From NCBI RefSeq assembly GCF_019968905.1, contig NZ_CP079946.1:5729356-5793355 (forward strand): a DNA stretch of 64,000 nucleotides. Direction: 5' to 3'. Origin of the DNA: Corallococcus sp. EGB (GTDB lineage: Bacteria; Myxococcota; Myxococcia; Myxococcales; Myxococcaceae). The notes under the pieces are model-generated. The model had not been told where the DNA came from, did not search any database, and was given only the letters and a program-made list of their open reading frames with translations. The number at the start of each line of letters is the position of its first letter. The stretch's first letter is position 1. Position numbers and translations under genes: made by a program. Below, in pieces: positions 26,930 to 36,370 of the stretch.

Positions 26930-28666
26930 CTAGCAGTCCACCGGGCCTTTCAGGCTCGTAACGGTGGCTTCGATTTCTTCACACCCCCCCAGGGTTTTCG
27001 CCCCGTGGGCCGCCAGCTTGATGCCCAGCACGTCCCCCACCACCACGTCCGACATGGAGCGCACCACCACGCCGTCCCGCTGGCGGAACGTCACCGCGTA
27101 CCCGCGCGACATCACCTTCAGGGGGCTCAGGGCGTCCAGGCGGCCGCCCAGCCGGCCGAAGTGCGTCTGCGCGGACGACAGCATGCCCCGCTGGAGTTCC
27201 AGGAGCCGTGCCTGCGCCTGGGCCACCTTCGCCCGCTCGGCCGCCACGCGCGCCGTGGGCGTGGCCCGCTCCAGCCCCAGCCGCGCGTCCGCCAGCGCGC
27301 CCCGCCTCCGGGACACGCCCGCGCGCGCCGCCTCCGACAGGCGCATGGCCAGCTTCAACAGGTGCGCCCGCTGCTCCGACAGCCGCGTCTGGGGCCGCGC
27401 CCGCTGCAGCCGCTCCTGGAGCGCGCGCAGCGTCTCCCGGTGCTCGCGCGTCCGGGGGCGCATCACGCGCATCATCGCCTCCACCTGTTCGGACAGGTGC
27501 AGGCGCTGGTGGTTCACCTCACGGCGGGGGTCGGGCAGCCGTGAGCGCAGCTGGCCCTGGCGCTCGCGCAGCTCCAGCACCCGGCGCTCCATGGCCCGGC
27601 GCAGGCGGCCGGACTGCGTGGCCAGCGTCAGCTCCAGGTCCGCCAGCACCGGCGCCAGCCGCTCCGCCGCCGCGCTGGGCGTGGGCGCGCGCAGGTCCGC
27701 GACGAAGTCCGAGATGGTGAAGTCGATTTCGTGGCCGATGGCGGACACCACCGGCACGGGCGAGGCGAAGATGGCGCGCGCCACCCGCTCCTCGTTGAAC
27801 GTCCAGAGGTCCTCCACGGAGCCTCCGCCGCGCGTCACGACGATGACGTCCACGTCCGTACGCGCGAGCCGCTCGATGGCCCGCGCCACGTCCTCCGCGG
27901 AGCCCTCCCCCTGCACGCGCGCGTCCGCCAGGAGCACGCCCAGCCGGGGGTTGCGCGAGTGCAGCACACGCAGGAAGTCCTGGAGCGCCGCGCCGGTGCG
28001 GCTCGTCACGACGCCGATGCGCCGGGGCAGGAACGGCACGGGCCGGGGCGGCCGCACGCGCCGGTCGCCGATGAGCCCCTCCGCCGCCAGCCGCTGCTTG
28101 AGCTGCTCGAACGCGAGCGCCAGCGCGCCCTCGCCCACCGGCTCCAGCCGGGACACGATGAGGCTGTAGCGGCCCTGCGGCTCGTACAGGTCCACGCTGC
28201 CCTCGGCCAGCACCTCCATGCCGTCGCGCAGCGCGAAGCGGATCCGCGACGCCATGGACGCCCACACCTTCGCGTCGATGGAGGCGTCCGAGTCCTTGAG
28301 CGTGAAGTACCAGTGGCCGCGCGCGTTGGCGCCGCGGAAGCTGGACACCTCGCCGCGCACCAGCACGCGCGGGAAGCGCGACTCCACCGTCTGCTTGATC
28401 TGCCGGGTGAGCTCGCCTACCGACAGCACCGTGCGCTCCGCGCGAGGCGGCGGAGTGACGGTGGCCGGAGGCGCCGGCGTGCTGGCGGCCGGGGGCTCCG
28501 CGGCGATCTCCGCCACCGGCGCGGACGGCGGCGACCTGGGCGGCTTGCTCGCGGCGGCGGCCTTCGGCGGGGCCGGACGCAGGGGAGGCAGGAGCGACGT
28601 GCCGAACAGATCGCCCTGCCCCGGCTCGTCGGCCGGGGGTGATTCGCCCCCCTTGCGCTTCTTCAT
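26930..28666 (-). CDS. xseA: Exodeoxyribonuclease VII large subunit. Start at MKKRKGG; Pro-rich N-terminal linker, then OB-fold
   Basis: OB-fold GEVSSFRGANARGHWYFTLKD; catalytic-region motifs GVVTSRTGAALQDF...VVTRGGGSVEDLW; the track's N-terminal 177 aa are an artefact. Confidence 0.85.
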   Translation of the reverse strand: MKKRKGGESPPADEPGQGDLFGTSLLPPLRPAPPKAAAASKPPRSPPSAPVAEIAAEPPAASTPAPPATVTPPPRAERTVLSVGELTRQIKQTVESRFPRVLVRGEVSSFRGANARGHWYFTLKDSDASIDAKVWASMASRIRFALRDGMEVLAEGSVDLYEPQGRYSLIVSRLEPVGEGALALAFEQLKQRLAAEGLIGDRRVRPPRPVPFLPRRIGVVTSRTGAALQDFLRVLHSRNPRLGVLLADARVQGEGSAEDVARAIERLARTDVDVIVVTRGGGSVEDLWTFNEERVARAIFASPVPVVSAIGHEIDFTISDFVADLRAPTPSAAAERLAPVLADLELTLATQSGRLRRAMERRVLELRERQGQLRSRLPDPRREVNHQRLHLSEQVEAMMRVMRPRTREHRETLRALQERLQRARPQTRLSEQRAHLLKLAMRLSEAARAGVSRRRGALADARLGLERATPTARVAAERAKVAQAQARLLELQRGMLSSAQTHFGRLGGRLDALSPLKVMSRGYAVTFRQRDGVVVRSMSDVVVGDVLGIKLAAHGAKTLGGCEEIEATVTSLKGPVDC

Positions 28667-30414
28667 CGCGACAGCTTCTCGATCCAGCCCTGGGCCTTGC
28701 CGTGCAGCTCGTCGTCCGGCGGCGTCATCGCGACGACGTCGCGGAACTTGGGCAGCGCGTCCTCGGGGCTGGAGTCCTTGATGGAGTAGGCCTGCATGTA
28801 CAGGTCCTTCGCCTTGCCCTTGAGGTCGTTGACGATGTTGGCGGCGCCCGCGTGGGCGGGGTCCGCCTGGAGCGCGCGGCGGGCGAACTCCATGGCGCGC
28901 GACCACTGGCCGGCGGCCTTCGCGCCCGCGGCGCTCTTGTAATAGATGGTCGCCGCGCGGGTGCCCGCGTTGCGCGCCATCTTGCTGCCGCGCCCGTCCG
29001 TGATGTCCTTGTCCAGCGCGAGCAGCCGGGTGAGGCCCTTGGCGTCCAGGTCCTCCAGCTTCTTGTAGAGGTTGCCGAACTCCGTCACCTGCCCCATCAG
29101 CTGCTTGCACTGCGCCGTCTTGGCCGAGCACGCGTTGAGCATGGCCGCCGCGCCGGTGAGGTCGCCGTCGCGGAAGCGGTCCACGGCGGGCTCCCACGGC
29201 TTGGGCGCCGCGGCCACGCGCACGGGGTCCGGACGGGTCATGTCGGCGATGACGCGCGCGGCATCGTCATTGACCAGCTTGCCGTCGCGGTGCTCTGGGA
29301 AGGTCGCCAGCACGTCGTCGGTGATGGCCTTGGCCTTCTGCACGTTCTCCAGCTGGCGGGTGTCCAGCAGCCCCTTGGCCTCCTTCGTGCGCTTGTCGGC
29401 GGCTTCCGCCAGGTTCCTGCGCGCCGCCTTGAGCTGCTCGTAGAGCTGGGTGTCGCTGCTCACCTTCTCGATGGACGCCTTCGCGTTGGCGAGCTCGCCC
29501 TTGGCCAGCGCCGCCTGGGCCGTGGCCAGGTGGCCCTGGTTGGGGATCTCCCGCTCCGCTGCCTTCAGGTAGTCCGCCACGCCGGGGTAGTCCGGCGCCT
29601 GCGCGTTGAGCTCCTCCAGCTTCGCCTTGGCTTGCTGCCACTGGCCCTCGCGCACCAGGTTCTTGGCTTCCTGGAAGAGGCCGCCCAGCTGCTCGCGGTA
29701 CTTGCGCTGCTCGGCCTCGATGCGGCCCTGCTCCTCCTGCTGGTGACGCATGCGCGAGCGCGCGACGCCCAGACCCGCGAAGAGCAGCACCAGCACGGCG
29801 GCGCCCGCGAGCTTGATCCGCATGCGCTTGCGCTGCATCTCCGGCGTGAGCTCCGCGGCCGCGGCGGCGCGCGACGTCTGCGGGCGCGCGCGGCCCTCCC
29901 GGGCGGGGCGCGCGGGCACGGCCACGGCACCGCGAGCACCCGAGGCGGACGGGCGGGGCCGGGGGCTGGAGGGCGCCTGCACCTTGGCGGTGCTGTTGGC
30001 GGTGTCCTCGTAGCGCAGCTCCGAGTCGCCCAGCGTGATGACGTCGCCGTTGGCGAGCAGCGTCTCCTCGGAGATGGGCTCGCCGTTGACGATGGTGCCG
30101 TTGCCGGACCCCATGTCACTGACCATCCAGCCGGCGGACTCCTTGCGCAGCGTCACGTGCTTGCGGGAGACGGACGTGTCCTGGATGCAGATGGGGTTGT
30201 CGGTGGAGCGGCCCACCGTGTACTCGAGCTCGGAGAGCGCGAACTCCTCGCCCTCCATGGGGCCGGCGACGACGACGAGCTTCGCCGGGCGAACCGCGGC
30301 CGCGGAGGCACCGGTCGACCGGCGGACCGGCGCGCGCTGTCCGGTCCCGGAGGAGGGCGTACCTGACGTAGGCCGTCGGCGGGCGGGGGGAGGTGCGTTC
30401 GACATGGAGGTCAC
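28663..30414 (-). CDS. FHA-domain, single-pass inner-membrane protein with a periplasmic TPR/coiled-coil C-terminal region; part of the Tad-like cluster (resembles Kil-system FHA proteins)
   Basis: FHA motif VGRSTDNPICIQDTSVSRKHVTL...SGNGTIVNGEPI; TM helix LAGAAVLVLLFAGLGVA; stop overlaps the xseA start (ATGA). Confidence 0.75.
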   Translation of the reverse strand: MTSMSNAPPPARRRPTSGTPSSGTGQRAPVRRSTGASAAAVRPAKLVVVAGPMEGEEFALSELEYTVGRSTDNPICIQDTSVSRKHVTLRKESAGWMVSDMGSGNGTIVNGEPISEETLLANGDVITLGDSELRYEDTANSTAKVQAPSSPRPRPSASGARGAVAVPARPAREGRARPQTSRAAAAAELTPEMQRKRMRIKLAGAAVLVLLFAGLGVARSRMRHQQEEQGRIEAEQRKYREQLGGLFQEAKNLVREGQWQQAKAKLEELNAQAPDYPGVADYLKAAEREIPNQGHLATAQAALAKGELANAKASIEKVSSDTQLYEQLKAARRNLAEAADKRTKEAKGLLDTRQLENVQKAKAITDDVLATFPEHRDGKLVNDDAARVIADMTRPDPVRVAAAPKPWEPAVDRFRDGDLTGAAAMLNACSAKTAQCKQLMGQVTEFGNLYKKLEDLDAKGLTRLLALDKDITDGRGSKMARNAGTRAATIYYKSAAGAKAAGQWSRAMEFARRALQADPAHAGAANIVNDLKGKAKDLYMQAYSIKDSSPEDALPKFRDVVAMTPPDDELHGKAQGWIEKLSR

Positions 30415-30441
30415 CGCGTCCTGCTGAGGGGGGCACGCGCC

Positions 30442-33426
30442 TTAAAGCTCGTGCTCATAGGCTTTTTCCAGCGCGAGATTGTGGCAGCGATGCTCGGCCG
30501 TAGGGAAGCGTCTCCGCACGTCTTCCAAGGTGGCGACCGCGTCCCGTCGGCTTCGGAACTGAACCGCCCGCTGGAACTGCATCATCAGCTGGCTGCAGCG
30601 GTGGTCCAGCTCCATTGAAATCTGGGCGATCCGCTCCCGGACGTCGTCGTACAGCTCCGGCTTCTCGTCGAGCGCTTCCAGGGTGATCCACGCGGCCCGG
30701 TAGTCCCGCCACGACTTGAACAGGTTCTCCGCGCCCACATCCTTGAGCTCGTAGAAGCGGGCCCCGGACTTCGCCAGCTCCCGGGCGGAAGCGACCAACT
30801 GGTCGGGTGGCAGCTCGGGCACCGGGATGATCTCCAGGCGCAGGTTCCAGATGCGCCAGGGGTCATGGCCGGGCGGGTTGAGGGCGTTGTCGAAGAGGAG
30901 CTGGTTGTTGGCGTTGCGGCGCAGGAGGCTGGGGGGGAGGACGTGCTCCAGTTCGCGCTCGGCGGTCTGCGCCGTGTCTGGAGGCACCCAGCCCAGGGAC
31001 ACGCCGTTGAGGGACAGGTTGACCTCGTCCCGGGCGATGTCGCTGGCCTGATAGTGCAGCACCGCCACCGCGCGGGTCGGGGACACGAAGCGGAAGTCGA
31101 AGAGCTTGTCGTCGGCGTGGACCCAGCGCACGCCCTGGCCCAGGCCGAAGGAGTCCGGTACCGGATCCATGCCCAGCGTGAAGGGCTCGCGTCCCGGGAG
31201 GCGGATGGCGGTCGGCATCGCGAGCGCCGCGAGCAGCGTCACCCCCGCCAGCACCACCACCGCCGACACCGACACGAAGGCGATGCGCTTGGGCAGTGAC
31301 TGGCGCTGCCAGAAGAGCTGGAACTGGCCAGCGAGCGACTTGCCCAACTGACGCCGCTTGCGCGCCTTGTCCGCGGCGGACGAGGGCTCGACCTTCGCGA
31401 CGACCGTCACCGGGCCGTTGGGCACGAGCTGGATGGACGGGTCCTCCCGGTCGGGCGGGAGCGGCTGGGTGCCTTCGCCCTCCCCGTCCGCGGAGGGCGT
31501 GGGTGCCAGCAAGGGGGCCGCGCCCGGCGGCGGGCCGGGGTCCAGCGCCGGAGGAGGCACGGCGTGCTGCCGGCGGCCCACCTGCGTCACCGGCTCCGGC
31601 GGAGGCGGCGGGACGGGAGCGAGCCGGGCCTGCGGTGCCTCCGGAACCGCCGCGGCGGCGATGGGCGGTTCCTGGCCCGCGAAGGTCCCCGAGGCACGGG
31701 TCTCCTCGGGAGCCGCATCGACGTCATGGTCCTGGCCGACGAAGGTCGCGGGCTCGCGGGAGTCCGACGGGGGTGCGGCCGGTGCCGCGCTCGCGACACG
31801 CACCGGCGGGGACACGAGCGGGCTGACCGGGGTGATGGGCCGGAGGTCGAGGACCGTGCGCTCCTCGGGCTCCTCCATCGTCGGAGGGGGCAGCGCAAAC
31901 GCGTCGTCCCGTGGCGGCGGCGCGTCCACCGGAGGTGGCGCTTCCGGGGTCGCCTGAATCGCCATCAGCGTGCGCTCTTCAGGCTCCTCCAGGGCCGGCG
32001 CGGAGAGCGCGGACACGGCCTCGTGCGATGGCACTCCCCCCGGAGGCGGCGCTGCCGGGGTCGCCTGAATCGCCATCAGCGTGCGCTCCTCCGGCTCGTC
32101 CATCACCGCGATGGGCAGCTCGGGGGCCGGCACGGAGACGGGCCCAGGCGAATCCACGGTGGGAATCGCCATCAGCGTGCGTTCCTCCGGTTCCTCCGGC
32201 ACCACGGGCGCCAGGTCATTGGAGGGCGGCGTGACGGGAGGGCGCGCCGGGGGTGGCGGAGCCATGAGCCCCGGCGGCGTCATCAACGGAAGGCCGGACC
32301 CGGAGGAGGCCCCAACGCCTGGTGCCGTGGACGCACGCGAGGCGCCGCGATCCGGCGAAGGCCGGTTCGGTCCCGGCGTGCCAACACCGGGCGGGCTCGA
32401 GACACCATTCCGCTTCGCGGAAACAGGCTCCGTCGAGGCAGGAGCGCCCACCGCCGGAAGCTCCAGCGCCGTGATGTGGGCGGGCTCCACGGCAAGCGTG
32501 GCCGGCGCGTCCAACACGGGAGGGCGGCCGGCCCCCGAGCCATTGATCGCTGGCAGTCCCGGCCCGGAGGCCCTGACAGGGGTGGATGCTCCCGGAGCCT
32601 TGTTCACCGGCGAGGCGCTGCCCACGACAGGTCCCGCGGGCGCCTTGGCCGGCGAACCCGCGGGAGGAGCGGCAGCCCCCAACACCGGTGGCCCCGCGGG
32701 AGTTCTGGACGGCGCGCTCGCGGAAGGCCCCGAGGACGCCAACACCGGAGGCGAGCCGGGGACCTTGCCCGCGGCAGACGCTCCGGACGCGGAGCCCCCC
32801 AGCACCGGAGGGGGCCTGACCGGCGCGGTCCCCAACGCGGGAGCCCGCAGCACCGGAGGACTCCTGCCCGGAGTGGCAGCCCCCAGGACCGGGGGCACCG
32901 GTGGAGCCTTGACTGGCGTGGGGCCCCCCACCGCGGGCAGATCTGGAGCAGAGGGGCGCTTCGGTGGAGTCACCGCCGCCGGCATCACGGGCGTGGGCAC
33001 TGCCTTCCCTGAGGGCACGGTGGCGGCGGGACGCGGCGGAGAAGCGGGCCTCGCCATGGCTGGCATCGACTGCTGGTAGCTCGTGGGCGCCGCTTCGATC
33101 TCCGCGAGCGACGCCTGCTCCACGCCCTGCGGCGACACCTTCGCGTGCGGCGGCGCGAGCACCCGCCGGATGGGCCGGGTGACGTCGTCGTCCCCGTCCG
33201 GCGGCATCCACACGAAGGTGAACTCCACCGGCCCCACGGTGATGCGGTCCCCGTCGCGCAGCTGCTTCTCACCGCTCAGCAGCTGGCCGTTGAGGTGCGT
33301 GCCGTTCGCGCTGCCTACGTCCTCGGCGAAATAGCGCCCATCCCTCGCGGTGATGCGCGCATGACGACGGGAGACACCGTGGTCATGCAGCACCAGGTCG
33401 TTCTCCGAGGTCCGGCCGATCTTCAC
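30442..33426 (-). CDS. Large FHA-domain membrane protein (994 aa): N-terminal FHA, about 600 aa Pro/Ala-rich disordered region with four EEPEERTLMAI-type repeats, one TM helix, and a roughly 270 aa periplasmic C-terminal domain
   Basis: FHA motif IGRTSENDLVLHDHGVSRRHARI...SANGTHLNG; TM helix IAFVSVSAVVVLAGVTLLAALA. Confidence 0.75.
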   Translation of the reverse strand: MKIGRTSENDLVLHDHGVSRRHARITARDGRYFAEDVGSANGTHLNGQLLSGEKQLRDGDRITVGPVEFTFVWMPPDGDDDVTRPIRRVLAPPHAKVSPQGVEQASLAEIEAAPTSYQQSMPAMARPASPPRPAATVPSGKAVPTPVMPAAVTPPKRPSAPDLPAVGGPTPVKAPPVPPVLGAATPGRSPPVLRAPALGTAPVRPPPVLGGSASGASAAGKVPGSPPVLASSGPSASAPSRTPAGPPVLGAAAPPAGSPAKAPAGPVVGSASPVNKAPGASTPVRASGPGLPAINGSGAGRPPVLDAPATLAVEPAHITALELPAVGAPASTEPVSAKRNGVSSPPGVGTPGPNRPSPDRGASRASTAPGVGASSGSGLPLMTPPGLMAPPPPARPPVTPPSNDLAPVVPEEPEERTLMAIPTVDSPGPVSVPAPELPIAVMDEPEERTLMAIQATPAAPPPGGVPSHEAVSALSAPALEEPEERTLMAIQATPEAPPPVDAPPPRDDAFALPPPTMEEPEERTVLDLRPITPVSPLVSPPVRVASAAPAAPPSDSREPATFVGQDHDVDAAPEETRASGTFAGQEPPIAAAAVPEAPQARLAPVPPPPPEPVTQVGRRQHAVPPPALDPGPPPGAAPLLAPTPSADGEGEGTQPLPPDREDPSIQLVPNGPVTVVAKVEPSSAADKARKRRQLGKSLAGQFQLFWQRQSLPKRIAFVSVSAVVVLAGVTLLAALAMPTAIRLPGREPFTLGMDPVPDSFGLGQGVRWVHADDKLFDFRFVSPTRAVAVLHYQASDIARDEVNLSLNGVSLGWVPPDTAQTAERELEHVLPPSLLRRNANNQLLFDNALNPPGHDPWRIWNLRLEIIPVPELPPDQLVASARELAKSGARFYELKDVGAENLFKSWRDYRAAWITLEALDEKPELYDDVRERIAQISMELDHRCSQLMMQFQRAVQFRSRRDAVATLEDVRRRFPTAEHRCHNLALEKAYEHEL
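31880..32215 (-). repeat. Imperfect tandem repeats of about 100 bp inside the large FHA gene, encoding four (D/E)EPEERT(L/V)(M/L)AI peptide repeats
   Basis: DNA motif gaatcgccatcagcgtgcgctc(c/t)tc(a/c)ggctc(c/g)tcc recurs three times with 95-105 bp spacing; approximate coordinates. Confidence 0.6.
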
Positions 33427-33499
33427 TTCGGCCTGCTCGAAGGCGAGCTCCCGTCCGACCTGGAGCCCCTGGGTGATGGTGAGCAGGATGGGCAGAGGA

Positions 33500-34387
33500 C
33501 TAGCCCCCGACGTTGCCGAACATGAACTGGAACACGATGGGCCCGAAGAGCACCATGAACACCGTCGGGAAGATGCAGGCGATCAGCGGGAACAGCATCT
33601 TCACCGGGGCCTCGCCGGCCAGCTTCTCCGCGCGCTGCGTGCGGTCGATGCGCATCTGCGTGGACTGGATGCGCAGCACCTTGCCCAGGCTCGTGCCCAT
33701 CTTGTCCGCCTGGATCAGCGCCGTGACGAACGTCGTCAGCGACGGCAGGTCCACGCGCATGATCATGCTCTTCAAGGCCTCTTCGCGCGTCTTGCCCATC
33801 TTGAGCTGCTTGAGCACCAGCTGCAGCTCCTCGCGCAGCGGACCCTGGCGGCCCTTCTCCACCACCTTCGCCAGCGCGCCCGTGAAGTCCATGCCCGCTT
33901 CCACCGACAGCGTCAGCAGGTCCAGGTTGTACGGGAGCGCGCGGCTGATGGCCAGGTGACGGCGCTTCACCTGATCGTTCAACCAGATGAGCGGATAGAA
34001 CAGGCCCAGGAGCATCACCAGCAGCGACCACGCCAGGTTCGCGCCAATGCCGTTGACGACGAACAGGCCGGCGAGCAACGCGAAGAACGCGCTCACCTCC
34101 TGCAACGCCATGATGTCCTCGGGCTTGTACTGCGACGGCTCGCCCGCCTTGATCAGCTTGCGGCGCGTCTTGGACTCGTAGCTCGGCCACATGAAGCGCC
34201 GGTTCATCGCGCCCAGCTTGCGGACGGCGACGGAGCCCGCGCCCTTCATGCCGCCAGCGGACTCGTCCCGCACCTCCGTGAGGAAGCGCTCCAGGACGTT
34301 GGTGTACAGGCCGATGCCCAGGAACGCCACCGCGCCCGCGGTCAGCAGTACCGAGCCGCCCATCAGCAGAGATGTCAGGACTTCCAC
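33500..34387 (-). CDS. Tad/type II secretion system F-family inner-membrane platform protein (TadC-like)
   Basis: T2SSF-domain polytopic membrane protein; pairs with the following TadB-like gene. Confidence 0.8.
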   Translation of the reverse strand: MEVLTSLLMGGSVLLTAGAVAFLGIGLYTNVLERFLTEVRDESAGGMKGAGSVAVRKLGAMNRRFMWPSYESKTRRKLIKAGEPSQYKPEDIMALQEVSAFFALLAGLFVVNGIGANLAWSLLVMLLGLFYPLIWLNDQVKRRHLAISRALPYNLDLLTLSVEAGMDFTGALAKVVEKGRQGPLREELQLVLKQLKMGKTREEALKSMIMRVDLPSLTTFVTALIQADKMGTSLGKVLRIQSTQMRIDRTQRAEKLAGEAPVKMLFPLIACIFPTVFMVLFGPIVFQFMFGNVGG

Positions 34388-34400
34388 GGTACGCCTCGCT

Positions 34401-35246
34401 TCAGATGTCGATGTTGACGATGCGGCGGATGATGAGGATGCCCATGATCTCCATGATGGCGATCAGGGTCACCAGGATGTAGCCGAAGATGTGGTTCATC
34501 ATCGGCTCCATCAGGTCCGGACGCATGTAGTTGAGCACCATGCCCAGCACCGCCGGCATGGCCGCGACGATCCACCCCTGAAGCTTGCCCTGGGACGTCA
34601 GCGCGTCGATCTTGCCTTCCAGACGGAAGCGCTCGCGGATCACCGTGGAGATGGTCTCGAACATCTCCGCCATGTTGCCGCCCAGCTGGCGCGCGATGTT
34701 GGTGGACACCACCACCAGCTCCAGGTCGTCGCTGCCCACGCGGCGGCCCATGTTGATGAGCGCCTCCTCCAGCGGCACGCCCAGCTTCACTTCCTTCACG
34801 AAGAGGCCGAACTCCTGGGACAGGGGCGGCATCGCCTCGCGCGCCACGTGCTCGATGGCCTGCGGGAACGTGAGGCCGGCCTTGAACGCGTTGGCCATGG
34901 CCTGCAGCGCGTCCACCAGCTGCACGTTGAACTTCTTGATGCGGCGCTTGCGGTAGTGCTTCACGAGCAGCATCGGCAGGAAGAAGCCGAAGATGGTCGC
35001 CAGCACCGCCAGGATGGGGTTGAAGACGATGTAGCTGAGGATGCCCAGGAGGCACATGCAGGCGATGTTGAGGATCAACATCTGCCGCGCGTCGATGAAG
35101 AGGAACATGTCGCTCAAGTCGTTCATCGACTTGGCGACGTACCGCTCCTGGTACTGCTCATACGCCTTCGACAGGACGCTGAAGATCACCAGGCTGAAGA
35201 AGAAGACCGAGCCGGTGACGAGAAGGAGGACGATACCTGCGAGCAT
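34401..35246 (-). CDS. Tad/type II secretion system F-family inner-membrane platform protein (TadB-like)
   Basis: T2SSF-domain; ...AFKAGLTFPQAIEHVAREAMPPLSQEF... is typical of TadB. Confidence 0.8.
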   Translation of the reverse strand: MLAGIVLLLVTGSVFFFSLVIFSVLSKAYEQYQERYVAKSMNDLSDMFLFIDARQMLILNIACMCLLGILSYIVFNPILAVLATIFGFFLPMLLVKHYRKRRIKKFNVQLVDALQAMANAFKAGLTFPQAIEHVAREAMPPLSQEFGLFVKEVKLGVPLEEALINMGRRVGSDDLELVVVSTNIARQLGGNMAEMFETISTVIRERFRLEGKIDALTSQGKLQGWIVAAMPAVLGMVLNYMRPDLMEPMMNHIFGYILVTLIAIMEIMGILIIRRIVNIDI

Positions 35247-35322
35247 GGGCGCGAATCCCCGGGGGATGAGGGAGGGGGTGGCAGGGCCGCTCCAACTTCA
35301 GGAGGCGGCCCCGCGCGCGGGA

Positions 35323-36138
35323 CTACGGAGTGCCGGCCGAGGCCTTCTCGCCGCCGCCGCCCCGGATGACCGTGATGATCTCCCGGCGCTTCTGCTCCAG
35401 CACGCGGGTGCGCTCACCGGAGAGCAGCGTGCTGATGGTGGCGCGGCCACGCTCCTCGATGAGGTCCACGTCGTCCTCGTTGCGCAGGGACAGCGTCAGG
35501 TTGCCGAGCTCCGCCGCCAGCACGAGGATCTCCGCCTCTTCCGGCAGCACCATCAGCGAGACGTTGCTGTACTCGCGCTGGTTCTCCGGGATGAGGTTGA
35601 TGTTCGTGGTACCGGTGATCTTGCCCGTGGCCACGACGATGATGTTCTGCAGCAGCGTCACCGCGACGCTCTCGTCCGTCTGCGGATCGCGGAACGTGCC
35701 GATGATGTCCACGTGGTCGTTCGGGCGGATCCACCCGCCCACCGCGGTGGTCTGCTTCGCCTCGATGGTGATGGCGCGCGCCTTCTTCTGCACCTTCGTG
35801 GACAGGCGCTCGGCGGCCTTCGTGGTCTCGAACTGGCTCCAGAGGATGGGGTCGCCGGCCTGCAGCGCCACCAGCACCTTCTGGTTCACGATGTAGTTGG
35901 CGGAGTCCGGCTTCACCACCGACGAGGTGACGAACTGCTCCGGCACGGAGCGCTGGGAGATCATCTCATACGTGATGACCGAGCCCTCGGGCATGTCCTG
36001 CCCCGCCACCACCACGGGAACCAGGTTCCACCCGCGGCGCACATCGGCTTCCTTCTTCTTGATGGCCGAGTAGGCCACGATGCCCGCGAGCAAACCGAGC
36101 ACCAGTGCGACGACGAGTGGGGTCTTACCCTTCAACAT
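35323..36138 (-). CDS. cpaB: Flp pilus assembly protein CpaB/RcpC family (periplasmic, N-terminal TM anchor, SAF domain)
   Basis: N-terminal TM helix LVVALVLGLLAGIVAY, then the CpaB N- and C-terminal domains. Confidence 0.75.
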   Translation of the reverse strand: MLKGKTPLVVALVLGLLAGIVAYSAIKKKEADVRRGWNLVPVVVAGQDMPEGSVITYEMISQRSVPEQFVTSSVVKPDSANYIVNQKVLVALQAGDPILWSQFETTKAAERLSTKVQKKARAITIEAKQTTAVGGWIRPNDHVDIIGTFRDPQTDESVAVTLLQNIIVVATGKITGTTNINLIPENQREYSNVSLMVLPEEAEILVLAAELGNLTLSLRNEDDVDLIEERGRATISTLLSGERTRVLEQKRREIITVIRGGGGEKASAGTP

Positions 36139-36198
36139 GGTTCGAGGTCCTCCAGAACGGTGGGGCGCCGTCGTGGCGGCAGGACTGCTTGGGACGAG

Positions 36199-36228
36199 GG
36201 GGCGATGCCAGGGCGCGAACGGGGCCTA
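36199..36228 (-). promoter_or_regulatory. Putative sigma-70-type promoter (TTGACA-N18-TAACAT) for the cpaB-tadB-tadC-FHA... array
   Basis: Minus strand reads ggttTTGACAcccgcagcggtgcatggcTAACATtagg, about 60 nt upstream of the cpaB ATG, within a 232 bp intergenic gap; approximate coordinates. Confidence 0.4.
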
Positions 36229-36370
36229 ATGTTAGCCATGCACCGCTGCGGGTGTCAAAACCACCTCTCGTGACAAAGCGGAATCCCGGGACCTCCGGCA
36301 CTCGCGGGGCCTGCCCACCCGGCTGGGAGGACGGCGCGACACACGAGCGGATCCGCGACCCTGGCGTCCC

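Noticed and set aside
26930-29197. Track's N-terminal 177 aa of xseA, and the N-terminal extensions of nadB, tlyA, oppF, the ECF sigma, the PPIase, fadE and DUF72
   Set aside because: The extensions are Arg/Gly/Pro-rich and overlap neighbouring genes. The conserved domains begin at internal Met or GTG codons, which give tight or overlapping gene junctions.
28639-33525. Plus-strand ORFs 28639..30366, 31564..33012 and 32081..33079, and minus-strand 32216..33211
   Set aside because: Antisense or out of frame relative to the two FHA genes; low-complexity translations.
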